Of a stretch of 64,000 bases of DNA, positions 1 through 13,270 are shown piece by piece. Every line of letters starts with the position of its first letter. The stretch's first letter is position 1. The translations under genes were made by a program, and so were the position numbers. Source of the DNA: the human T2T-CHM13v2.0 reference genome, Homo sapiens; assembly GCF_009914755.1 (NCBI RefSeq), contig NC_060926.1. One strand, given 5' to 3'. The notes beneath the pieces were generated by a model. The model did not search any database, was not told the origin of the DNA, and saw only the letters and a program-made list of their open reading frames with translations.

Positions 1-25
1 GATATGCCCAGCCATGCATACTTAC

Positions 26-161
26 GCCCATGATTCTGTAGCCTTCTCACTGGTAGAGACTCCGGGAAGTTGCCTTCTCCGCATCTGGAGCAAAAAGAAG
101 TCCAAAGAAGATTCTCTTCCTTCATTACCTTGAAAGCCCTGTTCTAAAATCCCCCAGGTCT
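26..161 (-). other. Candidate spliced exon (136 nt) of an unidentified minus-strand transcript
   Basis: Minus strand: long poly-T tract then TTCATTCTAG acceptor (AG at 163-162) and donor GGC|GTAAGT (GT at 25-24). The exon ends in AGAATCATGGGC, an ATG in strong Kozak context; one frame is also open throughout. Confidence 0.5.
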
Positions 162-548
162 CTAGAATGAAAAAAAAAAAAAAAAACTTTTTAAATATCC
201 CAATCGAATTCATTTTTAACTGCTCCCCCACCAAATTCACTTAAGATTTCATCAAAACCCTATTCAAATCGTTACAGTAAATGTGATAGTAAATTAAAAG
301 CTTGTAGCACAAAATTAAGCCAAGTCAACAACCATTTTCACTGAAAAGATGGCTAATTCCCATTGGTAAAGGGGGAGAATTAAATGAGTAGTGGAAAATA
401 ACATTGCCTGATTAGGAAAAAATAAAAATAAAACCTAAAATGAGAGTCTGGGACTTTGAGCTCAAGTTTTAATTTGGCCCCTATATTATAAGGTCACTGT
501 GAATAAGCCCCTCTCTTTTTGTGTTCTTGGTTTTTCTTCTCCTGTTAA

Positions 549-581
549 AGAGAGAGAGAGTGAAAGAGAGAGAGAGAGAGA
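549..581. repeat. (GA)n microsatellite, interrupted
   Basis: Visible GA dinucleotide run. Confidence 0.85.
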
Positions 582-1889
582 AAGGAATTAAGTTGAGGCC
601 CTTTAGGCTTAGCATTCCAAAACTAGGAGGAGGGAGGGGAGAATATTTCTCTTAAGAGTGATTTAGGAATAGGTTTTTCTTTCTGAGTCTGCAAGTCAGA
701 AGAAAACAAGTGATGTGAACTCCCCAGCAAACTTCCGAGAAGTACTGTCTCCATTCGCACAGGTCTAAGATGCTATCAGTACAGAACTTTCCACCTTTGC
801 TAACATTCCTTATCTTCTGTCATCTGCACAGTGACTGTGAAAAATGTTCTCAGTGGGTGTTTCTGATTCATTTTCGTGATGGTACCATGATGTCTGAAGA
901 AGTTAAAGTTTAAACTCTTTCCCTTCCCATTGGTCTTTACAACTCTGTGGATCCTGCCAGTAACTGGGCCAATTCCTAAAGCCTGAGGTTTCCCAGAAAG
1001 GCAGATCTGAGCAGGGCAAGTGCTGTATTGCTAAGGAGAAAAGTCATTGGTTTTTAAATGGTGCTCTTAAAATGGTGCTCTTATAAGGCGGCAACAATGC
1101 TACCCAGCCTGTCGATGTCTCCATATCCAGCTGGTGTTATGAAGATCTCTATCTAGGAATAAACTTCCTCAAAGATAAAACAACAGGCTTGAGCTTTGGA
1201 GACAATAGTAATATTGTCTTGAGCATTTGAGACACTACTCCGAAAGGCACTTAGAGAACACAGTGTATTCTTCTCGTTAATTCCAATACAATTTATGTAT
1301 TGTTCAGGAACTAGCCCTGAGCAAAGTTAGAGAAGAGTCAGTATTCGGGGTCCTTGAAAACATTAAAGTCAACCTGCAATCCTCAGGGGCTAAAGAGAAT
1401 TTTTTTTAGTGTGACATATTTTATAACGTTGTGACTGCCACACAGGCAGGGATTCAGGGTGCTTCCCAACTTTCAGTCTCAGCTTCAAACACACCTGAAG
1501 TATATGCAGGTGTGCATGTGTGTAGCATGTGTGTGCACGAGTGCTGGCCTCTTTATAAGTTTGCATGTGTTTGTGTTGGCGTGTGTCTGTGTACAAAGTG
1601 TGCCTGGCTGTGAGCCTGGCTTTGTGGTGGGCAGGGTAGGGACTTGTTTTGAGTGCAGAGGAAGTGAATGTCAGAAACGGAGCATACTGGGATACTAGGA
1701 TACACATGCCTGCACAGGTGTGAGTGTGTAGAGAGATGCATGCACATCAGCTGTGTCGAGTGTGTTTTCATGTATGGAGAAATGGGGTTTTATGGATACG
1801 TATGACTGTAGAGAGGCCTACAGAATTACCAGTCTTTATGCTCAACAGAAGACAATGCTGGTCCAACCCAAACCCCATCTGCTCTCAGG

Positions 1890-2030
1890 CTCCCTCATTT
1901 ATTGCAGAGTTTTTTCTGAACACTTACTAAGTGTGAAGTCTTTTGTTAGATACTGGAAAAGAGTACAGAAATAGGAGATAAGATTTATACTCTTAAAGAG
2001 GTCACCACACAGTTTGAAAGACCAGATACA
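1890..2030 (-). mobile_element. L2 3'-end fragment
   Basis: catttatt...gaacacttactaagtgtg...tagatactgg resembles the reverse complement of the L2 3' terminus. Confidence 0.5.
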
Positions 2031-3799
2031 CACACTTGGACAGTAGATCATCCCCCAACAGAAAACAGCCTGGTCAAGGCAACATTGTCTGAACAAAGCT
2101 GCCCAGATACCTGTTACCTTATTTCAGGATATCTCAACAAAACTTATAGCAGCAACAAAAGGAATATTTTCACCATGCTGAGAGAATTCTCTGATATCAA
2201 ATTGTTCAGTTAATATAGACTCTGTCATGTAAGACAAACTGTAAATAACATATTTACCAGTTATATGTATGAGATGAACTTTGGATTTATCCTAATTAAG
2301 GAACTGAAAAGAATGTTGTAAAGATTAAATAAATTCTAATGATGATGATAACCATGTTGACAATGATAGTTCAGTAAGATTAGTCTAGATATTTATTACA
2401 TCTTCAAATGTGCTGGGCATTGGATTAAGTGAGTGCAAAGATTTGCATGATGAGTTTGGATGGTGTCTGTGTAAATAGAACACTCTGAAAAGAAATGCGA
2501 AGAAGTCTATAAGGAGACAGAGAGGAGTGCTGGCAGAGAAAGAGGCAGGTGTGAGGACCTGGCTCACTTCCCACAGGACCTGTGCTTCCCAGGGAGCCCT
2601 CCAGTGACCCCGTGCTTTGCCAAGTGCCCCAGCACAGTGCTGTTAATTGAGTAAGGCTGAAAAGGAGGCCACTCCTGGGAGACTGCTTTTGTATGAGTGG
2701 TGGTCATCCTTGCGGCTAAGGTGGTTATTCAACCCCTAGTCCATTCTACTCCCAGCTCACTGCTTTAGCAAAACCTGGCCTGAAACACAAACCCCCCTAT
2801 GTCTTATAAATAACTTCATATGGTGTCACTTTCAAAGTCAGCACAGATTTTAAGTTTGCCACAGCATTTCCATGAGTATCTACACTAATAACCAATCTCC
2901 TCAAATTGGTAGTTCTCTGAGGTTACCCAAAACTTTCATATTCACAGTTTAATTCATCTGAACAATCAACCTTTGAGGTAGGAAGAATTAGGCAACCCAA
3001 GATTATTCTAGGGCAGATCAACCCATGTGAAAAGAGTAAAATTAATATTTATTCATTAAACATCTACACATTGGAAGACACCTGTTGCTTTAAACTGGCC
3101 GATAACCAACAGGTGACAGTCATTATATCTTCTGCAGGACAGGAGGACCCAATCCCTTGATGGTGGAGCAGGTCGATTCTGGAGCAGACTGACACTCTGA
3201 GCTGCCTTGCTCAGGTGGAGGGGAGGGATTGGCCACCCAGCTAAGGTGATGGCTGTGGGTTCTATACCAAGAACCAGGGCCACACGAGGTCCTAGTTTAA
3301 TATTCCACTGAAGGAGACATGACTGAGAATTGAACTGCAATAACAATAAACTTTGGTTATTTTCACCAAGAAATTTACATATTGTTAATGAGTATAATTA
3401 TTAATAAAATCACTATGCTTATTTTTATATTACTTCTTATTTAAATCAGTTTAAAAGAGTTTTGTTTAACTTCTGTTGTAATTATTTTTTTAGTAGTTCA
3501 AGTTTTTCCTGAACTCCTAGGGATAGGTTTCTAAGTATGTGTGTGGATGTTTATTGACCTAGACTATTGATCAAAAAAATAAATCTAAGATGAATCCAGG
3601 GTGTCACAGGTAAATTAAGCTACACTTACGAGGTTGTTTGCTATGCTGTGTGAGTCCCTGAACTGAAGGTATTGCTGCTTTTTATAGATTACAGTTGCTT
3701 GGTTTCTAGATTGTTGAAATTGTGATATGCAAATAAATTAAATCAATTTAATGCTCATTCCTTTGACTCTCTAGACACTTTAAAAAAATGTAACACTAG

Positions 3800-3962
3800 A
3801 TGTTAAGGGTTCTCACTACAAAATAATAAGTATGTCAGGTAATATATATATTAATTGGCTGGATTTAGCCATTTCATAGTGTATACATATTTCACAACAT
3901 TATGTTGTATGTGATAAATAAATATAAATGTGTTAATTTTAAAAAATATAAATTAACTTTTG
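3800..3962 (+). mobile_element. Short 5'-truncated L1MA-type 3' end
   Basis: L1M 3'UTR terminal motif (gttctcactacaaaataataagtatgtcaggtaat...ggatttagccatttcatagtgtatacatat). TSD aaaa(t/g)gtaacactag at 3785-3799 and 3963-3977. Confidence 0.75.
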
Positions 3963-5275
3963 AAAAGGTAACACTAGCTGATTTCTTAGGGAATGTCATA
4001 TTGGGGAAGATAATGTCTAAGTCACTTTTATTCCCACCCACTAAATATTAATATAGTTCCCTTTCTTAAGTTGTTATATCTGGACTTTTTTCTGCTTCAC
4101 AGTTTTCTCACTGTCTTCCTGGCACTGCCACTTCTAAACTTGTGCTCTGTCTTGGCCAACAAAGGCCAAGAGTATCCTCAAAACACAAATCGCTTGAGGA
4201 GTTTAGACTTGATTTCCTCCTCTGCAGAAAAAGGCCGCTGGATTTTCTTGCAACAAAATATGGCATGAAAAAGGAGAAATTTAACTCTGTTACTCTGTGT
4301 TGCTGTGTGTAGGAAGAGAACATTATCTATAGAAAAAACCTCTAAATAATAACTGTGTTTGAGAGGAGAGTGGTATGTAGAAAGCACTTTGGTTAAGAGT
4401 CAGCAGATAAAAATAATAGTCTTCTAGAACTTTCTCTGGCACAGATTTTTCGTCTGTTAAAGAAAGTGTTCTAAACATCCTTCTAGGCTTGACATGCTAT
4501 GCTGTTCCCATTCTATTCTCAATTTGTAGTATGTGATAAAAGACTTCTCTGAATCATGGTGTCTTCAATTGTCTAGTTTCAAAGACGAGACAAGTGGGAA
4601 CTCTTTGCTAAAGAAGAAGCATCTAATGCAAACAGAGATCTTACTGAGTTTCTCTGCATCTTAGGGTATTTCATAATAAAGTAGATGAGAGAACCTGAGC
4701 AGTGTAGGAAGGGCTGTCATTGAGTCCACAATCACAGGATCACATTTAAAAACATGTCCACTCTCTACCTCAACCCCTCCCAAATCAATCATCAAAACAA
4801 GGCAATATGTATACAACTTTTAAAACTTTGACATAATAAATGATGCCCATAACTTTAAAGGATCATGTATATTCCATTTGGGACATTAGAAAATATTGGG
4901 ATAAATCTTCTCGTTATTTTGTAGGTTTTAAATATCCTTCAGGGAGAAGTTCTTGTTTGCCTTTGTGAAGCACTGTTGAGGCTTATTCATGGCTCAGAGA
5001 TGAGGAGGAACGTCTCCATCTCATCAGATGATTTATGATGCTGACTTGAACATTTCCAAATGAGATATTTTTAAAAAATTTTTGCCAGCTTATTTTTTTT
5101 CATCCCTCTCCTGTTAGCAACTGAGATTCTGAATTCAGTGAATATATGTTAGACACTGTTTACTTGAACTTTCTAAAACAAACTGTTCATCTTGGGTGTA
5201 ACAGAAATGCTCTCTTTTTATATTACTGTTCCCATGTCCCTCTGCAGAGACTCGCCAACACAAACACCTACTTAC

Positions 5276-5400
5276 AGGGCTGCACTCCACCACTGTAAGC
5301 TCTTTGGTGACTCTGCCATTGGATTTCAGTCGATAAATTTGCATTTAGCGCTTAATTTGTTCAGTATGCCTTACTAATTTGGCAATATTTATTTTGGCCC
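5276..5400 (-). other. Candidate first/5' exon (upstream boundary uncertain)
   Basis: Donor CCT|GTAAGTAG (GT at 5275-5274), non-repetitive sequence, ATGCAAAT octamer at 5344-5337. No good acceptor seen upstream. Confidence 0.3.
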
Positions 5401-5438
5401 AGAAAGCAGAAGGCAGCTAAGTTCTCTTATTTTGTTTG

Positions 5439-5440
<2 letters not shown>

Positions 5441-5477
<37 letters not shown>

Positions 5478-5496
5478 CATGCGTGTGTGTGTGTGT
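5441..5496. repeat. (GT)n microsatellite, interrupted
   Basis: Visible GT run with an atgcatgc interruption. Confidence 0.95.
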
Positions 5497-5730
5497 TTTC
5501 ATTTTGATAAAAGGATTTGAGATATGAAAAAGTTACAATGTCATGGACAGGACTGGTTTCCTGTTTATGAGTCACCATAAATATGAAAGGTGCTGGGTGA
5601 CATTTCTCAGCTGAGGGAGCCCATGCAGCCCTGTGTGGAAAGCAAACCCTCGAGCAGGGTGGTCTTGAGGTGACTTGCTGACCTTGTATAATGTCAAGAG
5701 GAATTATTGTTAAAGTACAGTAGCCAGATA

Positions 5731-5731
<1 letters not shown>

Positions 5732-5771
<40 letters not shown>
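5732..5771. repeat. (CA)20 microsatellite
   Basis: Perfect CA run. Confidence 0.95.
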
Positions 5772-5775
<4 letters not shown>

Positions 5776-5865
5776 TAACCCTAATGATTTTTCTCACTCT
5801 TGTTACTATAGAGATGAAAGTATTTACTGTAATATCTTTGTGTTCTCAAAATCAACTTTCATCTC

Positions 5866-5929
5866 TGTGTAAAATGTGGCAGGAAGTACCTCCATGTTGT
5901 GTAAAATGTGGCAGGAAGTACATTCATGT
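5866..5929. promoter_or_regulatory. 32-bp tandem duplication carrying two ETS-type CAGGAAGT motifs
   Basis: tgtgtaaaatgtggcaggaagtac(ctc/att)catgt occurs twice. The duplication is certain; a regulatory role is inferred. Confidence 0.4.
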
Positions 5930-6699
5930 CTGCCACTTTTTTGTTTGCTCGTTTAGTCTGTGTGTCTTTTCATAAGGCTCCCTCACAGAAACAAGTCCTC
6001 CTACACAGCGTCACACCCAGAACATTTTTCTATTAGATATGATACTGGAGCTCTGGGGCCCCTTCTCTTTCCTTCAGAGAAATGCTGCAGTTCACTCTGC
6101 CCTGCCCAGGTCATGAGGTATTTCTGTTAAAGCAGTCTCTGAGAAGACCAGAGCTACCAGACTCTGACCCTCTTAAGACTGGTGTGCTAGCAAAGGGTTA
6201 GCAAAGAGTGGTCCCGCTGTTTTTGTTTTTCTCTTGCTTTCTGGGACATAGTGAGCAAATAGAAGTTCCCCTAGAGAGGAAGCTGTTCTCACTCAAAGGC
6301 AAACAGCTTTGATGCCTGAGATTGTGTGAAAGTTGCAGAAGAGATGAGCCTATGGCATCAGACTATGTCCATCTAACTCAGGTCTTGTTTCTTCCAACTC
6401 CCAGCTAACCAGCATTTAGTGGTTTGTCTGGGCTATTGATACTGTACTTTTTGGAAAAAAAAAATTGGCTTGAATCATGGGCAGCAGTACTATCGAGGCC
6501 ATTACTTTCCTCACCCAGATAAGATACTGCCCATAAAATTTTCCTTAAGATTTTTTTTGTTGTTTGCTTGTTTCTCCATTCTGACTCCACCATCTAAAAA
6601 ACCTGGTTATTCTGACAACCTGGGGCACAATAGGATGATGTGGTCCTAAACTATTAGAGCTAGCAGCAACCTCAAAAATTGCCTCTGCACCAAAATTCA

Positions 6700-6812
6700 A
6701 AGAAAGGAAGTAATTTGCCCAAGATCACAAAGTTAGCCACGAGCCAAGCTGGGATTCAGATTCTAGATTTACCCACATGTTCAGTAGCATTCCCTTTATA
6801 CCATCCTGCCTC
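6700..6812 (-). mobile_element. MIR fragment
   Basis: aagtaatttgcccaagatcaca...gctgggattcaga matches the MIR core. Confidence 0.65.
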
Positions 6813-8544
6813 ACATGACCTTATAAACAAACACTGCAAAGAAGTAGAGAGGCGCCACAGACTTAGCCTCAGGCAAACAACCTCACGCACTCTCTCTCAT
6901 TTAGTTTTGGTTCTTACATATTATCCAGGAGCATCGAGAAAAGAGAAGTTTACTAGGAGTAGCCAGAGCCAGTGGCATCCACAGTTACCAGGGAGGATGG
7001 GCCGTTTGCTCCCCAATGATCTTGGGAGGCCCATCTTTGAGTACATGTGGTCTAGCAGTCCTATGGACTAGGTGCTCCAAGAACAAGGGTAGCTGCTTTT
7101 GTGAATGTGATAAATGTGTGTCATCGAATCCTGCATGGACCAGGGAGAAATATCAATAGCCTACATTCTGAAGCACAATCAACTTGTATTATGGACATCA
7201 GTGCTGTCAAAGCCATTACTTCTCATCCTGATAAAACATTACCCACGAAATTTTGAGGACCCTTTCCAGATCATTGAACTCCTACTCAACTTCCTGCACA
7301 TGCCATGCATGGTTTTGTTTTCAGTACAGCTCCACACATTTGCCAAGCAATTCCACCTGCCCAGGACACCTTCTCCAGCCTTCTCCATCTAGTCGGCTCA
7401 CACACAAGCTCCAGAGGTCGGTCTCCGTGCAACCATGGCTTGTGATGCTTTTGCTAACTTCCCATGCAGAAAGTGCTTTCTGCTATGCTTCCCTCAATCT
7501 TTGTACTTTTATTTAATATCTCATGCATGCTTTATTTTATTTATTCAAGTAGTACATATTTGAATGCCATCTGCATGCCAGACATCATGCAAGCCATTTT
7601 TTCTAGAATATTATTACAATGTTTGTCTGTAAAAGCTATCTTTTTTATAAGCTGTAAGTCTTATAAGGCAGGGAGCTCTGTCATTTTTATCTTAAAATCT
7701 CAAATGCTCAAGGAAGGAGGCATGATTTTCTTGCTCAGAAATTATATTTACAACAAACAATTTAATACTTGGCACCCTATATATTCAACCCAAACTGATC
7801 ATTGTTTACCTAGCTGCTAGATAACTAGACATGTTAAGCCTAAAGAGTTATGTTTTCAAGTACTAGCCTTGGTCAAAGGAAGTATTGACTGTTTCATGAT
7901 GTGCTCTAGGGAAAGACTACTGTCTTAATAAAAATGCTTACACTGCTAATATGCTAATAAAATAAAATAAAGTATGATTTTTCACTGACACTAATGTTCT
8001 ATGAGTGGTAACAATCAGTATCAATGATCAATATATTTAGGAATCATGTCAAAAATATTATCAACTTTTAGAAGAACACATAGCGGAAAATTTTGGGATG
8101 TTGTCAAAGCTGAACAGAGTGGCTCACATGTATCGAGTTCAATGAGTGCTGCCCACCCTGCGTGTGAACAAAGACTACTCTGGGGACAGCTAAAAAAATC
8201 AACAGGGTGTTACTATCATTCAGCTACTCAGTTACAAAGGCTCTTGCAGAGGTGAGGCTGAAAAACAACAAAGATACCCAAAAGGAGCTCTAGGCCATGC
8301 AATCCCCAGCCAACACTAATTCACTCATATCTATACCAAGCACATGTTAAAGGGCCAGGCCATTTAAGTCTTTAAGCCAGTTTCAGGATGTCCTCAAAAA
8401 CTAGACATTTTACCCATGGGTCATAGACTGACATCTAGGCATTTGGAGTAGGATTTATGTTAGGATAGTAAGCATAAATAGAAGTGTGCCAGGCAAACTG
8501 GTATGTACGGTTGCCCCTTATACATTAATTTAGACTTTATTTTT

Positions 8545-9040
8545 TTAAAAAGGTTTTAAGCATAGTGGTGAAATAATGTGATTTACAGTTTTAAGAGCTC
8601 ACTTTGACTGCTGTATGGAGGATGGATTTGAAGCCAGGGAACCAGAATGCAGGGAAAGCACTGAGGAGACTATTACAGTAATCCAGGTAAGAAATTGGTA
8701 ATATTGTAGACTAGGATGACTTCAGCAGTGAAGAGATTCTATAGGCAAATGGGGAAAGCAGAGATATAAACTTATAAACATATATAATTTATAATTATAA
8801 ATTATAATGACACCTTAAGTGTCATTATAATTGAATGAAAGCCTTGCCTCATCATGGACACTTTATAAACAGTTATCTATTTATCCATTTGTTTATAAAT
8901 AATATCCATTACTAATTCAACAAATATTTGAACAGCACTATGGAACAGGAACTATCCTGGATACTAGGAACACAATGTTAACCTAAAACACATGTTTCTT
9001 CCCAATCTTCACACCCAATCATAGGCAGTATAGTATAGCT
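8545..9040 (-). mobile_element. L2 fragments
   Basis: ggttttaagc...ctcactttgactgctgtatggagga...gactattacagtaatccagg and attcaacaaatatttgaacagcactatg are L2-like. Confidence 0.55.
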
Positions 9041-9092
9041 GAATAAGAAAAGAGGAGATATAATTAAAGATTCACACACGCACCTGCTCACA

Positions 9093-9094
<2 letters not shown>

Positions 9095-9121
<27 letters not shown>
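9095..9121. repeat. (TG)n microsatellite
   Basis: Visible TG run. Confidence 0.9.
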
Positions 9122-9123
<2 letters not shown>

Positions 9124-9710
9124 CAAAAGCTTACTATGGGAAGACGGGAAGGAGGAAAGGAAGGAAGAAAGGAAGGAAGGAGAGAGGAAGAATTGACGAC
9201 AAATAAGTGAAGGACTATAAGATGTTGGGGGTCAGGTATTATATGAAGAGATGACTGAAGAGGATCCTGCAGGATGCTTTAGAGTTATTGGAGAATGGAA
9301 TTGGTGAAGCAACAACCTTTCTATGCCCAAGAGTAGAGTATCATTATCTGATGTATCTGTGAAATAGGAAGGAATTGATTCTCCCTAAGTTCTTAGAGCA
9401 CTGTGTAGACAAATATATATATATATGTATATATATATATATTTGTGAGATAAAATATATATATATTTGTGAGATAAAATGCAAGTGTCTTAAATGGCAC
9501 TAATTTCTCTGTCTTAAATTTCACTGATTTGACTACACTACTTTCATGAATGTCAAGATATTAATATAAACATTGTTTCAGACACATTAAAACCTGTGCA
9601 ATTTGTAAGGACATAGAAGATTTGAGGTCACAGTAAGTTTGATCAAATAGACATTTATGAAACACTGAACACGGTATATATATAAAATGTAGGCTTTTCA
9701 AGCACACGTC

Positions 9711-10335
9711 TATGGCAGGCAGAATTCTAAGAGGGCCTCCAAGAGCCCAAAACCTGGTGTACATACACCCAGTTATTCAATCAAACACTAATCTTGGTAC
9801 TGCTGTAAAATGATTTTGCAGATGTAATTAAGGCGCCAAATCAGTTGACCTTAAAATAGATAAATTATCCAAGTGGGCTTGACCCAGCTCCATGAGCCCT
9901 TTAAATCTGGGTCTAGAGGTCAGAAACAGGACAATCCAGAGATTCAAAGTATGAAGATGATTTGATACAAAAGAAATTTTCTGTTGCTGGCTTTAAAGAT
10001 GGATGGGGTCATGAGGCTCTTCATGCATATGGCCTCTAGGAGCTAAGAGTGATCTCCAGCTGATAGCTGGCAGATGTAGCTAGGAACCTCAGTCCTACAC
10101 CCACAAAGAACTGAACTGTACCAACAGGAATGAGCTTGGAAGCAGATTATTTCCCAGAGCCTCCAGACAAGATCAGCTGATACTACAATTCCTGCACTGT
10201 GAGACCATGAGCAGAGAACTCAGCTGCTCTGTGCCAGTTTTCTGAACTATAGAACTATATGAGCTAATAAATGGGTGTCATTTTAGGTTATGAAGTTTGG
10301 GATGATTTGTTATGCAGCAATAGAAAACTAATACA
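9711..10335 (+). mobile_element. MaLR solo LTR, MLT1E-like
   Basis: Begins tatggcaggcagaattctaag, has internal tttgcagatgtaattaagg...cagttgaccttaa, and ends ttatgcagcaatagaaaactaataca. Confidence 0.8.
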
Positions 10336-10339
10336 GTAT

Positions 10340-11450
10340 TAATCAATAAGGAATGTCAATAAATACCAAATAATTTATAAGGCACAAACCATTGTCTGTA
10401 ACTAAAATTTGATAAAATTAAAAGTGATAAACTATGCTTCCCCAAAATCTCATACATTTGGAATTTCAAAAAAACAAAAAAGCAATTCTAAATAGTGTGT
10501 GGTTTGAAGATCAAATTTTAATGGAAACTACAAATATTTGGAAATAAATGACAAACTGATATGTAAATCACAGATGAAAACACTTAATAACATATATAAA
10601 TCAATTTTCCATAAATAATTCTGTTGATTCAATATGATTTCTTTAATATGCCCCATGAGGTTCTTGTGAAAAAAGCAAGTTGAAAGTTGACCCTAATATT
10701 TATATAGAAGAGTATTCTTCAGGTTCGTATTATTAAAAATAAGTTGTGATAAACAGTCTTGTGCACATAAATTTAGAAACTGTTGTGAGAAAGTCCGAAG
10801 ACAAATGACAAATGAGAAAATTTTTTTGAAACACATACAATTAAGGACTAACATAGAGGACTCTAATAAATCAGTTACAAAGTCAAAAAATACAATAGAA
10901 AATTGAGGAAGAATTGTGAGCAGGAAGTTTATAAGAAAAAAATTGAACTGGAAAACTTATGAAAGATGTCCAACTTCATTTATAACTGACAGAACACAAA
11001 TTAGAATTGCAAGATGCAATCAATTTACCCAACATTAAGCTCTTCTGTTTGCATTTACTGGAAAAATCTTTGCCCATCTTACTATTCTGATCTATTCTTC
11101 TGTCATTTTGTTTCAAGATTTACCCTTATAAAGAGCAGACATTTGTTTTACTAATATTATTTTTGTTCCCCAAAGGAGGCTGTATTGTAATAAGAATGTT
11201 AAACTCATTTGTCTTTATTTAACAATTAATTTGTATTATTCTTCTGTCACCTTTTTTTCTGTGTGTGTACTTTATATTTGGGATGTATTTTTCATATTTC
11301 TTTTACTTTTTTCAAGTTGGAGGTCTTTGCTTTTATATCTCCCCAAACTTTAATAGGCACACATATGGTTTTAATTCTTTTAATGATTACTTTTAAGATT
11401 TTCAAAAATATTCTTAAACATATATCTATCAGTCTAAGAAAGTCAAGACA
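10340..11450. mobile_element. Highly decayed L1M/L1ME fragments
   Basis: A-rich ORF2-like remnants on + up to about 11040, then T-rich L1-like sequence on -. Confidence 0.45.
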
Positions 11451-11654
11451 AAACATGGAGCTGTAATTGAAAAAGCATTAACTAGGACTAGAATAATTAT
11501 TTCAATTTAAATACAGCCTTTGTGCTGGTAGCCATGTGCAGGCTCTGGGTCTATTTCTTCTATTTACCTTGACAAATTGTTTTGTGGCCCAATTGTAATA
11601 CAAGAACAAGGCCTCAAATATTATTATTGCTGCCAGTTTTAAATGATAGCAAAA

Positions 11655-12145
<491 letters not shown>

Positions 12146-12861
12146 TCAGATCAATCTTCTTATCCCCTAAGGAAAAAGAAAATACTCCTTTGCTAAGTTT
12201 TCTAAGCTCTGAGTCAAACTTACAAGCATGTCTTTGAAAAGGCATCATTTTATGTGTATACTCAATACATTGCTGTTATTATTATTGCTGTCAACTTTGA
12301 TTCTCCCTGCATGTAAAATGTTTAACATACTTTTACTTACTCCTCCTACTCCTTCTCAACATCCTTCTCCATCACTACACCCCTACTCACCCAGGCCACA
12401 GCTCAGCCCTCCCTCTCCTGGTTGCTTCAAACACTAACCCCTGTGAAGCAGAGGGGTCTTGAGCTGTGATGAGGGTTTGATTATTCTGGATTGATGGGTA
12501 AATAGTCTTCCTCCCTGCTTTAGTGGGTGCAGGTTTTCAGTTTCCCTAGAAACATCACAGAAGCAGGCCTCAGATGATGTTCTTCTATACAGGCTCATGG
12601 TCTTGCAGTTGCACAAGTGCCTCCAGGTTCTGGATAAAATTTAGATGTTAGTACTAAATGTTAGTAGATGTTTGAATTATCGTCGTCTGTGTCTCCATGG
12701 GAATTTTGGAAGAAATTTGAAAGGTCCAATTTGATCTTGATTCTCAGATGCTTGGCATTAAAAAAACAAATCCCAGCCAAGTCTATTGAGTCAGCTCAAG
12801 GATGTTAGCTCATAGAACTGAACAGGTTAAAATTGTGTGTGTGTCATTTTATATAGACAGA

Positions 12862-13030
12862 ATGGTGGTAGTATAACAGCAAGAGCAAAGGTATTGGCAT
12901 CGAGCATACTTGGAGTTTGAATGCTGGCTTCACCAACTCTTAGGGGAGACCTTGGGCACATCATTCAATCTTTCTGCACCTCGTTTAACTCATCTGTAAA
13001 ATGGGGATAACGATGCCTACTTTCCCAAGT
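12862..13030 (+). mobile_element. MIR
   Basis: gaccttgggcacatcattcaatctttctgcacctcgtttaactcatctgtaaaatggggataa MIR core. Confidence 0.8.
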
Positions 13031-13139
13031 ATAATGAAGGTAACGGAAAGCTACAAGTACATAGTAACTGATCAATGAATTGGAGTTAATAATGGGGTGA
13101 GGTACTGCTTCTGTTATTACCATCATATGAAATGCTTAC

Positions 13140-13270
13140 CCCGTGGGGAACTGTGGTGATTGCCTGGCAAAAGCAAATGCAAATCAACTCCCATTGCATC
13201 AGCCAGCGTGAGTTCTGTTAACTGTGTACATAGATTATGAACTACTTGGTTGATTTACACTTTTCTGCAG
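13140..13270 (-). other. Candidate non-coding exon (131 nt)
   Basis: Minus-strand acceptor tttttcttcAG (13272-13271) and donor GGG|GTAAGC (13139-13138) in non-repetitive sequence. Confidence 0.3.

Noticed and set aside
1390-1974. Cluster of overlapping ORFs
   Set aside because: Degenerate TG-rich low-complexity sequence poor in stop codons; no recognisable protein.
3139-3213. Possible + strand exon (tcttctgcag...ctcag|gtggag)
   Set aside because: Weak donor and no supporting partner exons.
6679-7820. ORFs of 87-130 aa
   Set aside because: Overlap MIR and L2-like relics, several with non-ATG starts and no domain similarity.
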